NCBI RefSeq assembly: GCF_018977255.1
Contig: NW_024704743.1
Coordinates: 35,776,001-35,840,000 of the forward strand
DNA length: 64,000 nucleotides
Direction: 5' to 3'
Source: Callorhinchus milii
Taxonomy: Eukaryota
Shown here: one piece after another, positions 22,916 through 35,299 of the stretch
Layout: each line of letters starts with the position of its first letter
Position numbering within the stretch: position 1 is the first letter of the stretch
The notes under the pieces: generated by a model
Told to the model about the DNA's origin: nothing
The model's database searches: none
What the model saw: only the letters and a program-made list of their open reading frames with translations
Made by a program: the position numbers and the translations under genes

Positions 22916-23801
22916 CACAGTGAGAGAGGTGGGTGTACACAGTGAGAGGGGATGGTGTACGCAGTGAGAGGGGATGGTGTTCAAAGTGAGAGGGGAGGAT
23001 GTACACAGTGAGAGAGGATGGTGTTCACAGTGAGGAGAGGGGATGGTGTACACAGTGAGGAGAGGGGATGGGGTACACAGTGAGGAGAGGGGATGGTGTA
23101 CACAATGAGGAGAGGGGATGGTATACACAGTGAGGAGAGGTGGTAGTGTTCACAGTGAGGAGAGGGGATGGTGTTCATAGTGAGGGGATGGTGTTCACAG
23201 TGAGGGGATGGTGTTCACAGTGAGGAGAGGGGATGGTGTACACAGTGAGTTGAGGGGATGGCGTTTACAGTGTGGAGAGGGGATGGTGTTCGCAGTGAGG
23301 AGAGGGGATGGTGTACACAGTGAGGAGAGGGGATGGTGTACACAGTGAGGAGAGGGGATGGTGTTCACAGTGAGAGGGGATGGTGTTCACAGTGAGAGGT
23401 GTTCATAGTGAGAGGAGAGTGTGTTCACAGTGAGGAGAGGGGATGGTGTTCATAGTGAGGAGAGGGGATGGTGTACACAGTGAGGAGAGGGGATGGTGTT
23501 CACAGTGAGGAGAGGGGATGGTGTTCACAGTGAGAGCTGTTCATAGTGAGAGGGGAGTGTGTTCACAGTGAGGAGAGGGGATGGTGTACACAGTGAGTTG
23601 AGGGGATGGCGTTCACAGTGAGGAGAGGGGATGGTGTTCGCAGTGAGGAGAGGGGATGGTGTACACAGTGAGGAGAGGGGATGGTGTACACAGTGAGGAG
23701 AGGGGATGATGTTCACAGTGAGGAGAGGGGATGGTGTACACCGTGAGAGGGGATGGTGTTCACAGTGAGAGGGGTGATGTTCACAGTGAGCAGTGAGGAG
23801 A
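22916..23801. repeat. 25-bp minisatellite CACAGTGAGGAGAGGGGATGGTGT(A/T), about 35-38 copies
   Basis: Directly visible tandem array with deletion variants. Confidence 0.97.
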
Positions 23802-23942
23802 CAAGGGACATGCAGGAGACTGGAGCCAGCCAAGCGGAGGAGTAAGGAATAAGCAGGTTGGAGAAGTAGGGAGATGCCGGGATGTGAAGGAATTCATAGA
23901 CAAAAACAATGTTTTTTATTGCTTTGTTACTGCCTTTTGTAG

Positions 23943-26682
23943 GTCTGGTCAGAAGTGAATCTGAGGAGATGCACGAGCAAGTTTCACCGGTTTGTTTGCG
24001 AGATGTGCAACAAAGCCTTTCCCATGTTTGCGGCGCTCAGCCTGCACATGGAAACTCACAAAGGGCAAGTGGACGGGGCCCAACCCAGGCCGGAGCCTCA
24101 GCAACCAGCCCAGGGTGACGTGAAGCAGAAATCCTTCATGGCCTCCCTGGGCATGCAGCACGCCAAAGAGGTGAAGATGGTGAAATGGGAGGAAATCCAT
24201 GGCGAGTTTTATATGCACGGATACTGGCCGGAAATTCCTCAGTGCAACCTACCTCAAGAGGTCAACCGTGTTACTGTGAACAATCAGACCGCATTAGACT
24301 TGGCTTCCTTTGGAGCCACACGGTCTTCTCTTCAGACCAGCCACCAGGACAAAGTAAAGATATTGGCCCTGCAGCCTTTCCAGAAAGGCTTCATCATCCA
24401 GCCCGACAGCAGTATCGTGGTCAAACCAATCTCCAGTGAGTCTGCCATTGAACTTGCTGACATTCAGCAGATCCTCAAAATGGCCTCCTCTGCTCCCCCA
24501 CAGATCAGTCTTCCGCCCCTGTCAAAAGCACCTTCCGCCCCAACTCAGTCCATATACAAGCAGATGCCTCCTCTGAAGCCAAAGCCCCTGGTCACGCCTC
24601 GCACCGTTGTTGTAACCTCTACCCCACCCCCACTCATGAGTATGCAGCAGGCTTCCTCTGGGTGTATCAATACGAACCTCCCTCCTCCTCCATTGAAGCT
24701 CATAAAAACTAGAACCGAATTGGCTTCCAGTCCTCTCGAACTGAAGTCCAGATCCATGAATGGCTCTCAGCCATTGCTGCAGCCTAAGACAGAACCTTTG
24801 AGCCCGAATGAAATGAAAACTCAGCTGGAGCAAGATAGTATTATTGAAGCTTTGATGCCTTTAGAAATTGAGGGAACTATTAAGCAGGAAGTCACAGAGG
24901 GAGACCTCAAGGACATGATAATCGGGAGTCCGAACAAGAAAGTGCCACCATTGAAGAAAGTCCTGTATCCCTGCCGTTTTTGTGAGCAAGTCTTTGCTTT
25001 CTCTGGAGTCCTGAAAGCTCACATACGCTCGCACTTGGGGATATCTCCATACCAGTGCAACATTTGCACTTACATTGCAGCAGACAAAGCGGCGCTAATC
25101 CGTCACCTGAGGACCCACAGCGGTGAGAGGCCTTTCATTTGCAAAATCTGCCACTACCCGTTCACAGTGAAGGCAAACTGCGAAAGGCACTTGCGCAAGA
25201 AGCACCTCAAGATGACCAGGAAGGACATTGAGAAGAACATTGAGTATGTGGAGAGCCACACGGCGGAGCTGGTGGATTCCTTCTGCTCTCCAGACACCGT
25301 CTGCAAGTATTGCGGCGAAGACCTGAAGTACTACAGGGCTCTCCGGCTCCACCTGAGGACACACAGCAGCTGCCAGAAGAAGCCCTTTGAGTGCAAAGAG
25401 TGCACCGTGGGCTTTTCGACCAAGAACAACTGCATCCGCCACATCCTCAAACAGCACACCCATGTGGATGAGAAGGAGATCGAGAAGCACATCTTGATTA
25501 TCGACTGCATCGTGGGGGAGAACGGGGCCTTGTCACCCAGCTTGTCTGAGGAGAGCGGGGAGGGCTCCCCACTGCCGTACAGGGAGCCGCAGAACGGTTT
25601 CGCTCACGGGCCCATGCCGCAGGCTTCCTTAAAAATGGAGCCGATGAATATTTTTTCAATGGACTTGGACGAACCCTTAGACTTTTCTCAGAAGAACAGA
25701 CTCGTGTGCTTGCACCCGATCAAGCAGGAAAGCCACCCGCTCAGCAGACTTACCTGTCAGGTTGCCCACTTTGACCTCACCATGGAGCCCATTGACCTGT
25801 CGGTTCCCAAAAATCCCAATAAGAACAAAGCGGACGAGGGGAAAGAAAATAAGGAAGAGCCCCAGCTCGCTGCGAACGATGGCTCTATTAACTCGCTCCT
25901 GTGCTTGTCCCCTGGTCAAGCGAAGGTTAACCTCGATAAGCTCCTAAGCACAAAACATTCTTCCCAATTACAGGGTTCGCCTCTCAGCCCGAGTCCCGCC
26001 AATTTGCCGGTTGTCGTTCCCAGCACCAGCCTACTGCGTCCCCTCAGACCCAAGCCTCCGCTACCACCACTTTTGCCGAAGCCGGCACCCGTGAAAGAGC
26101 TGCCGCCCTTGGCTTCCATTGCTCAGATCATCTCTTCCGTCTCCTCGGCTCCTGCCTTGCTGAAACGTGAGGCCACGGAGGGTGCAGAAGTGACCAAATG
26201 TACTACGCCTTCCGAGAATGCCGAGGACCCCAAGACGGTAGTAGTGCCGAAGAGGGCTACCCCAACAGAGTCTGCCACTGAGACACTGGCCGAACAGCCC
26301 AGTGCAGAAAAGGCCTCGGTTGGTTTAATGGGCCCCTCCAAGAGAAAGGGGAGGAGGAGAGGGATCAAATACAAAAAGCTTCGGCCCATTGTGAGCAACG
26401 GTTCAGATCCCGAGACCAGTGGGGAGTTTGCCAGTGTGGAGAAGATGTTGGCCACCACAGACACCAACCAGTTCAGCCCCTTCCTGCAGTCTGCTAGCGA
26501 CATCAAAGGGGAGTCCAGCAAAGATGAAATGAGCGCGGAAGAGAAAGAGAAGGGAGACGCAAAGATCTTGAAGGGCAAGAAGAATTCGTATTCCAACTCC
26601 GTACAAAGAATTAATTGTCCGTACTGCCCACGCCTCTTCCCTTGGGCCAGTTCTCTGCAGCGCCACATGCTGACCCACACAG
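23943..26682 (+). CDS. RREB1: RREB1 large central exon (2740 nt; 7 C2H2 fingers, proline-rich region, PLDFS/PIDLS motifs)
   Basis: ttttgtAG|GTCTGG...CACACAG|GTaaga. Overlaps the 926-aa ORF. Contains ELADIQQILKMAS, YPCRFC..., KANCERHLRKKH, SGEFASVEKMLATTD and CPYCPRLFPWASSLQRHMLTHT. Confidence 0.98.
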
Positions 26683-27188
26683 GTAAGAAACATAACACCG
26701 CCATAATGATTGAGTTGGCTGAGAAAGCTATTTAACCCTTTTTAGGATACAGCAGAATATACCTATCTCTGTTTCTGCATATCTCGTTTCCCCTCCCCCA
26801 CCCCACTCCACCCCCATGTCCTTGCCCCTCACCGCCTCCATTTCTGTCCACCTGAAGTGACTCAGAATAGTTTATTGGCATATTGAGCCCCCTGGTATCT
26901 AATCCAGGCACCGTGTTCTTCACATGTCAGACTCGCATGCAGGGACTGGTAGGCTATTCAACCGTGGTAGTATCACAGTCAAGCCAGATCCTGTTTTCAT
27001 CCATCCAATATCCACACACATATTTTCCAGTGGGAGTCACTTGATACTGAATGGAAGAAGGAACAATGGTTGATTTTCTCTCTCTCTCCCCCCCCATTGC
27101 CCTTACATAGGCGACATTGAGGGCAGTAGGAGATGCGGAGGGGTGTGAGGCAAGTGCATTGCAAAAGGGATCTCATAAATGTCACTTT

Positions 27189-27499
27189 GTGGAGTGGTTA
27201 GAGCACTCGCTTTGCAAGTGAGAGACCTGAGTTAATTCCAGGCAGAGCGAAACCTTGGGCAAGTTTCCTTACTCCACACACCTAATAATAATCCCTCCAA
27301 AACCCAAAACAATAAAAAATTGGTCATTTTCAATCTACGACTGTTTGTGGGACACTGCTGTGCGCAATTGGCTGCCGCGTTCGCCCACAAATATACAGTC
27401 AATTCACTTTACAGTGTGTTCTGTGAAGCGCTTTGGGACGTCCTCCCGACGTGAAAAGCACTATATCAAATGCAAGGATTATTATTATTATTATTATTA
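27189..27499 (+). mobile_element. Young tRNA-Ala-like SINE with a small deletion in the A box
   Basis: gtggag|tggttagagcactcgc...; otherwise matches 19209-19540. Confidence 0.92.
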
Positions 27500-28233
27500 C
27501 TTTGTTGGAGAACCACTGTTGCCTCCCTGGCTGCCATCAGCTAGCTCAGCACAGAGCAGGGATCACAACTAGTCTGTATGAATCAGTACCATACTATGCA
27601 CAACAACTTCCCACCAAGGCTTTTGGTGGAGTGTGGCGGACCTGACTTTACATTTTTAAACCACTTTTGGTAATATAAGTAGTGTACAGGCTAGTTTTCT
27701 ATAAGACTGCCCCGTCTGCTTGATTTATAAAAATATTAAGGAAAAAAACCTTTATCATTGGACATTTTTCTTAAAACGGTGCAGGCCATCTAAAACGGTG
27801 CAGGCCATCTGTCTTTTCACCTCTGGGCTTAACACATTTCACATTGTTAGCCTCAGCTCTGACTGGCTGATAAAGAGTGAGAGTAAAATCAGATTTAACT
27901 GTCTGAACCCAGACACATCTTGGAACGTACATTAGACTGTGAGAAATCTATTGCTTCTGCTCATCCAAATCTCTCCACATGTTTGTTTCCAGTCTATCAG
28001 CAACTACCAATAACAACAAATTGCATCTGCATTAACAGGGTCAAATTTTTGAGAGCCCACTGTTACCCTGTCACAATGCACTTGTCTCGTAGTAAGGGTG
28101 GCTTGATGTAGAAAAATAAAACTGTCATGTTGGGGCTGAGGTGAGTGGTATAGTATTCTGAGGTTAAATCAGATCTACAGAGAGGTTGCAAAGTGGAGGA
28201 AGAATCTCTCGAACTTCTAACTACAATCCTTAC

Positions 28234-28435
28234 ATAATAATAATCTCTCCAAAACAATAAGAAATTGGACATTTTCAATCCATGACTGTTTGTGGGACGC
28301 TGCTGTGCGGAATTGGCTGCCGCGTTTCGTCCAAAAATATAGGGTCGATTCACTTTACAGTATATTCTGTAAAGCGCTTTGAGACATCTAGAAGACGTGA
28401 AAAGCGCTATATCAAATGCAAGGATTATTATATTA
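28234..28435 (+). mobile_element. SINE 3' module starting at the internal AATAATAATC motif
   Basis: Matches the 3' ~200 nt of the young SINE; TAGAA loop variant. Confidence 0.88.
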
Positions 28436-29845
28436 TATATTCATGCGCACTTGAGTGTCATTGCTTAGGCTCTACACAGTTGATATAGGATCTGGCTGTT
28501 GTTTTAACAGTACGGACAGTACTCTCCAACTATGCCTCACCCCCACATACCTCCTGTCCCTGACACCAGTGTTAGAAATGTTCATTGAAATGGACTCGGA
28601 AAGTCCTTCAAATGACTGCCGGCCTTATCTGGTGTGCAGTAGAATCACAGTCTTGAAAGGGTTACAAAACATTTGAGCTTTAGGACACTGAAAATCTTTT
28701 CAGCCTCAAAATATGCATATTTCCTGCAAATGTAACTGCAAACAGTACTTGTAACTTTCCAATGAAGAACATTCTAGGATTTTGAGAAACACAAAATACA
28801 CGGAATGGCTGACAACTTGAGAATATTCTTGGAATGAAAGTTAACAGTTTCTTCAGGTGCTGTTGCAGACAGTTAGAAAGCAGACAAAATGTCACTTAAA
28901 TCACCGATATTTGTTTCAATGCAGCCACAATGTGCTCCTTGAAGTTTGGTCTATTTAGTTGTGATGTGGTTGGACATGAGATTGAAATCTGAATGGAGNT
29001 TTTTTTTGCTGTCTGAAGCAACGCAGCAGTCTAACCTAACTGGCCTTCAGATAAGGATTGATAAATAGCATGAACCGACCTGTTTGTGACATAGCTGTGC
29101 TGTGGAAGTGGCCCAGCCACGAAGGCTTGCCTTGGATTTACTTTCTGTTGTGCCTGAGGCTGGATTGGAAGTGTTGGGCTCCGCAGCCCCTTAGTCTAAT
29201 TTCGGGCACGTTCATTTACACTGTCAGAAAGAACGACGTAAAAACAAGTCATATTATTTGAGCTTTGAATAAGAGAACTGATCTGAAGATTTTTTTTGTG
29301 GGTGCCAGATAACATTTAGTGGATGCCAGATAACATTTAGTGGGATGTGAATGCTAACAAGCTGACCACAGATTTTCCAGGGTATTGACACTGATGGTTG
29401 TAAATAATTAACTTTCAGCTGCACTTTTGTAACAGATACTGTATCTGCAGCTGGTCAAAGTGCAAAGGGGTGGGGGGGGAGAAGGTGGGGAATGCTTGTG
29501 TGGACTTTGCTTACTCATGCTGCTCTACAAATGAGAGTCTTATGTAAAAGGACCGAGTGCTCTTCCTTGCAGTGTAGTACTGCAACTACGTGTTTGAAAT
29601 AGGTCTGAGTTCACAGTGACAAAAGACGTCACTCCTCTGACCGTGCTTGAATGTTATCTTATGGACATCATTCTACAATTTCTCCCCCCACCCCCACATG
29701 TTCCCTTCTCAACATTACTCCCTGTCATGGAGGTGATGGGGGAGAGAAGGGTAGATGTTCTTCAGCTCGGAGCTATTCAAAGAGACAAGTAGAGGGAGAA
29801 TTCCTGTGCCTTGTTTTTCTGCTCCCTTCCCCCTCTCCCACCTTA

Positions 29846-29993
29846 GATAATTATTTGGGGAGGACAAGTTTGCAGGGCTATGGAGAGAGAGCATGGGAGT
29901 GGGATTGAATTGGATAGCTCTTTTCAAAGAGCCGGCACAGACACAATGGGCGAATGGCCTCCTTCTGTGCTGTATAATTCTAAGATTCTATGA
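29846..29993 (+). mobile_element. CR1 3'UTR fragment
   Basis: Near-identical to 50791-50940 (ttgaattggatagctcttttcaaagagccggcac...ggcctccttctgtgctgtataattcta). Confidence 0.85.
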
Positions 29994-31384
29994 ACTATTG
30001 TGCAGAGCTGAATTGGGCAGACTCCTTAAAGAGGAAATGATGTGAAATAACAGCAGTTTCTTAATGTTATCTCAGTAACTTAATAAATTGGCTCCATGTG
30101 TGAAGTGTGGATCTGAATCCCATGGCTGCCTGTCACTCCAGACCAGCCTGTCACTCAAGGCTGGCCAGCCTGAGGTTTATTAAATTGAATCCATCGAATG
30201 GATCAGTTCCATCTTTTGACGAGAAGGAGACGTTGTTGATCCCTGACTGATCAGGGAGTGTTTATTGATGGTTATTATAGAGAACGATGGGCCCAGCTGG
30301 AGGACTATGCAATTTCACACATTTGTCAAGGTACTGTAATTTGAAGTGGATCAAACACAACTATTAGCTATTTTAGAGGATCTCATTAAAAGTTTGTATT
30401 ACAAATTGTTCAAACTCTGCAAGGGGAAAAAATCCTCCAAAATACACCAACTTTGCATTTCTAACCATGGTGGGATCACGTTAACATCCGTAAGGATAAA
30501 CCTAGTTGCACTATGAATAGAGAAGGAATTTCTCTACACTCACACTTTGATGTCCAGTCCTTTTTTCTGGGTTGTCCCACTCCTTGGGTGTTCTTCCAAA
30601 CATGCCAAGTGACATCTGTCAAATATCACCACTGTTATAGATGTGTACTAATAACCAGGTTCAAAAGTTTGCTTATTTTGGTTGTGCCAGGCACTGAGAA
30701 CAAACCATTCTGGGGTACGAAAATGGTTTCTTCTCACCTAGAGAAAGGAGCTTCACCTTCATTTCAAACAAAAAGAGCCATTCAACAGTGATGGGTCCAA
30801 TGGGCTGCTTCCTGCAGTTACACTGTTTATATTGCTTTGTGATATTACAAGAGGAGTTACCATGAGTGTTATCTCAGCACAATGCAGATGGAGTTGTTGC
30901 TTTTAATGAAGTATTATTTANTTTTTGATAACGCTGAAGAGCACGATCTGCTCTCAGACCAAGCCGGTGCTTTGACTTCCTGGAGTAAAAACCATAAGCC
31001 AGGGTGTTCCAAACCAGTGTTGGTATTTATTACAGTGAAGCAATTTCAGGCCATAGTTATCTTTACTGCACAGATACCTAAATTGCATTGCAGAGGAGTC
31101 TGGGGCTGTGCAGACTAGTTACTTATTGACAGGGCTACAAACCCCTTCAATATCAGCCTGCAAACACGCAGTGTAAATTTGTTGTTTTGGGGGAAGGGGT
31201 GTTCTTTGTCCTTTTGGTTTGTGAATAAGATGGCATGCTGACTAACTTGGCAAGATGATTGATACTGTTTTGAATAAACGCCAACTAGCCGGCGGTTAAA
31301 TTAATTATAATAAGACAATGCAATTCTCAAAACAAAATGCATCAATAGCAACCTTTTTTATTTTTTTATTTTTTTTAACAAAAG

Positions 31385-31549
31385 GTCAGAAGCCCTATCC
31401 CTGCCCTAAATGTGACGCGTTCTTTTCTACTAAATCTAACTGTGAACGCCACCTCTTGCGCAAACATGGTGTTGCCAACCGATCGCTGCGAAGAAACGGG
31501 CTGCTTGCCAAATCCAAACCAGCTGAAGCAAAGCCCCGGGAGAGCACAG
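31385..31549 (+). CDS. RREB1: RREB1 165-nt exon with a single C2H2 finger (probable cassette exon)
   Basis: Poly-T tract then aacaaaAG|GTCAGAAG...AGCACAG|GTaact. Translates GQKPYPCPKCDAFFSTKSNCERHLLRKHG. Phase 1-1. Confidence 0.94.
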
Positions 31550-32637
31550 GTAACTATCAGAGAGCCCGTTCCGCTCAGTGTGCTGTTATTACAGGTTACC
31601 CGGGCGCACTCGCTCCACTTGAGGGAGGGTGGTCTGGAAGCGCTGCGGCAGCAAGATGCCAGTGTGTAGAATAAACAGTGCAATACAAACCCCAGGCTCA
31701 CGTACGGTCACTTTGCGTGTCTTTGAATTGAACTAAAGGGTCTCCTCACTTTCACGCAAAAGCACGGGCCAAACTTTTTATTTCACATTTTGCCATAGGT
31801 CCATCCTTGAGTAGAGTTATCATAATGAACTCACTCACCTCCCTTCTGACTCTTCTCTGCCTCCCCAACACAAGCCATCAAACACACAAGCCAAAAGGTG
31901 TGCTAAAAGCTTTTAGTTGAAAACTCTCTTCCCCTTTAAGTAATCGGGCTACAAATTGTATTAATATCGATTGCAGAAAGCAGTATAGAAGTGTACCATT
32001 ATACCACCTTGCGTCAGATCTAAATTTACCAAATTATTGGCTAAGTGTATATATACATCTCACTGAATTGAATGAATTGGAACTTTGTGGAAGTCTTGTA
32101 CTGCAAATGCAAATGGCTCCTTTCTCTGAGGTACAGGGTTCAATTCACTTAAATGTAAGTAGTTTGGCTGAATGTGTAAATATGCGTACATGGTGGGATG
32201 TCTTTAACATTTATAAAGTTTGTTTTTTCTCTCTGTCTCAAAAAAAATCTGTCAAGGTCCTTTATTTTCTGAGGTAATTGGTTGGGCAGGTTTGGACTGC
32301 CTGAAAGGGAAAGGTTTAAATCCAGAGTATGTAGGTGCAGTACTCTCCAATGATTGTATTTTGGCACATGTTGTATTTGTCTAATGTATGTTAATAGTGT
32401 ATGAATTCAATGTTTAAATCTTTCACTCCTGAGAAATGAAGGCATCTTTATGATTTTCAGTGAGCAAGTAGGTTTCGGCCTAATGTGTTCAATGGAGGTT
32501 AATGTTGCATGGAATAGGCTGAGTACCTACAAGGGGGGGGGTTACGGAAACTTTGAACTTCATAGTGTGGAAAAGCTATTCTCTGATTTATTTATTTGTG
32601 TGTGAGTGACATTGTTTGTGTGTGTATTGCTTTCCAG

Positions 32638-33435
32638 GCAATTCTTCGGAAGCAGAGAGTGATGCAGCAGGACCCTCTACAGCAGCTCCAACAGCGCCCA
32701 GCTCCTCTCCAGACTCCGCAGGGAGCCAGTACGCCGAGCTACCAGGGAGCCCCGAGCCTTCCAAAGAGGACCCCACCGCAATCTCCTCCGAGAGACAAAA
32801 GAAAAAAAATAGCATGTCGGAGGAGGAGGAGGAGGCAGAAGAAGACGCGCAGAGCAACAAAAGCCTTGATCTCAACTTTGCCAGCAAACTCATAGACTTC
32901 AAACTAGGCGGCAGCCACCCGCCCGGGGGCAACAGCTCGCAGCAGGAAGGGAGGAACGTCTGTAACGTATGTGGGAAAGTCTTCAAGTACGCAGCCACCC
33001 TGACACGCCACCGGAAAGCTCACGCTGGCGAGATAAGGAGAGAAGGCAAAGGCGGCAAGAGAGGCCCCAAAAGAATAAGCAGCGAGGCGGAGGCACCGAG
33101 TTCCAACGTAGCACGCAAGCGGGCAGCACAGAGCCCGGCAAGGTCAAAGATCAGCGACGAGACTTCAGCCGAGTTTGAGGGGAAAGCAGATCAAGAGGTA
33201 AAAGGTAGCCCGAGCAGTCCGTCCAGAGTCTCCGAGGAGGAGTGCACCAAGAGGCAGAGTGACAGCCAGGATGGTGAGCCTCACACAGCAGAGCTCTCCA
33301 CAGGGCAGCAGGACGCCAAGAAGCTGGGGCCCAATAGCTCGACTAAGGCAGACAAGAGGAAGAAGATTTGCACCGTGTGCAATAAGCGCTTCTGGTCTCT
33401 GCAGGACCTGACACGTCACATGAGGTCGCACACAG
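32638..33435 (+). CDS. RREB1: RREB1 coding exon (798 nt, two C2H2 fingers)
   Basis: tttccAG|GCAATT...CACACAG|GTaaga. Contains KSLDLNFASKLIDFKL, CNVCGKVFKYAATLTRHRKAH and KADKRKKICTVCNKRFWSLQDLTRHMRSHT. Confidence 0.96.
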
Positions 33436-33624
33436 GTAAGAAACAGGGGGGGCTGTAAGGTGCCACTAATGGGCTGGTCAGAGGGGAGACCGTTCGCTTA
33501 TGGTCACCTCCGGGGGAGCTGGAGTGCCCCGTTGTCGGCAGACCGGTGCTATTTTTGGGTCGATATTGGCTTTTGGTGGAAGAAGTTATTCAAAGGGGAG
33601 AATTGTCAACTACTGCTGCCCTGA

Positions 33625-34003
33625 GATAGCACTCTCGCCTCAAAAGAGTCAGAAGTTTGTGGGTTCAAATCCCACATTGGGACTTGAACTCACACAGTCT
33701 AAGCCGACACTTCAATTCAGTGCTGGGAGCGTTGCATTGTTGGAGGTGCTGACCTTCGGATGAAACGTTAAACCGAGTTTTTGCCTGCCTGTTCGGTTGG
33801 ATGTTAAAGATCCCATGGCACTTTTAGAAAAGAGAAATTTGCTAAGTAAAATTGGTCACCAAGACTGTTTGTGGGACATTGCTGTGCACAACTGATTGCC
33901 ATGTTCTCCCACAAAATACATTCAATTTACAGTATGTCCAATGAAGTGTTTTACCACATCTTGACGACGTGATAAAGCTCTAGATCAAATGCAAAGATTA
34001 TAA
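33625..34003 (+). mobile_element. Near full-length Deu-domain SINE
   Basis: tRNA-like head (gagtcagaagtttgtgggttcaaatccc) and ccttcggatgaaacgttaaaccgag..ggatgttaaagatcccatggcact core. Confidence 0.82.
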
Positions 34004-35299
34004 TGTACACAAAGCAACCTCAGTGATGGGGTTTAGAACAAGAGTGTTTCTTCCCAAAGCACTATTTCCACAAGGCCTGCAGTGGTTTAAAGAAAAGGCC
34101 CGTCACCATTTTCTCAGGGCAGCAAGGGATGGGCAGTAAGTTCTGGAGTAGGATCCTGAGGATCAGTGACAACAAGAGCAGTAGCAGTTGAAAGACTTGA
34201 CTGGTTTCAGTAGATACAGGGGGACTGCAGATAATGGGTTAAACAGTAATATTCAATAGAAGACCAGAGGCTCTTTTATCTTTGAAGTCACCAGAGTCAG
34301 CCGCTACCTCACTTCCCAGTTTTCTTCCACTTTGAAGTGGTTTTCGTCCCACTAATAAAAAGGAAAGGAAGGAGCTCTGTGGCTCGCAATGTACCCCTTC
34401 CAAAATGGAAAAACTTCTGGTGTAAAAATAGTTAGCAGAATGAAAGGGACACAATAAATGCCATTCTTCACTGGGCTGCAGGCAAGCAAAGACAAGGATT
34501 TAGTTCAGGGCCCTGGGAGGTATCTGTGTTCTGTGCTGGTGTAGTTGATGTATTGGAACTGGTAAACAGATGGTCCTTGGCCAATTTGCACTTTATCACT
34601 TCAATATAGCTGGAAAATCAAAACAAGATGTGCTGACACACTTGGGCTGCTTGCCTTTCGAGATGGCCATCTATTCAACAGTGTTCGCAGCTGGAGAGCT
34701 TCAGGGGTTTAGGGATGTCGAGAGATTTTTTTTCCTGTCTCCTGTTTGTGGTAATGAAACACCAGCTCTTATTTGTTCTATTGAATGTATTTCGCACAAC
34801 ATTGCGATCAGTGATTGAAGCAGCAAACAAAAGTAAAACATCACCTATGGCTTGGAGCGAGAGTGAGGAGACCCATCCCAAAGAATATCTTTACTTCTCC
34901 ATGTTTTTTTCCAATCGTCTGTGGCCCTGTAATCAAGCCCTGTTATCGGCTGTGCAACAGAAATTAAACACTCCTGCCTTTCGAGCTTTTAATTTGCGTG
35001 ACACTCCCTTCCTTTCACATGAGATTGTAGTGGGCACGACTGAACAACAACTTGCACTTATTAGGGTTAGGGTTAAATAGGATGTGTTCCATGTGTTAAC
35101 AAGGTATGGTGGGGGAGGGGAGGTGGGCGCAGTGGGTTTAAAATCATTTATTAGGGTTAGGGCAGAAAGTAGGGCCACTGTGGCTGAAACAACAGACCCA
35201 AACTCCAAAGAGTTGAAATGTAACCAGTTTCCAGCCTTTCCTACACACTTCCAACCTTTCCTTCTCATATAGGATGAAAGTTTCAAAGCACTGACAACA

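Noticed and set aside
22916..23801. CRISPR-like array
   Set aside because: Contiguous units with no unique spacers, no cas genes, vertebrate intron.
24522..26704. Antisense and alternate-frame ORFs (up to 193 aa) over the large exon
   Set aside because: Shadow ORFs of GC-rich RREB1 coding sequence; no recognisable domains.
26683..26735. ORF extensions past the donors (also 33436-33458) as alternative C-termini
   Set aside because: Strong GTAAG donors explain them; no evidence for intron retention.
27772..27811. 19-bp direct duplication (also a ~20-bp one at 29303-29343)
   Set aside because: Ordinary slippage duplications with no intervening element.
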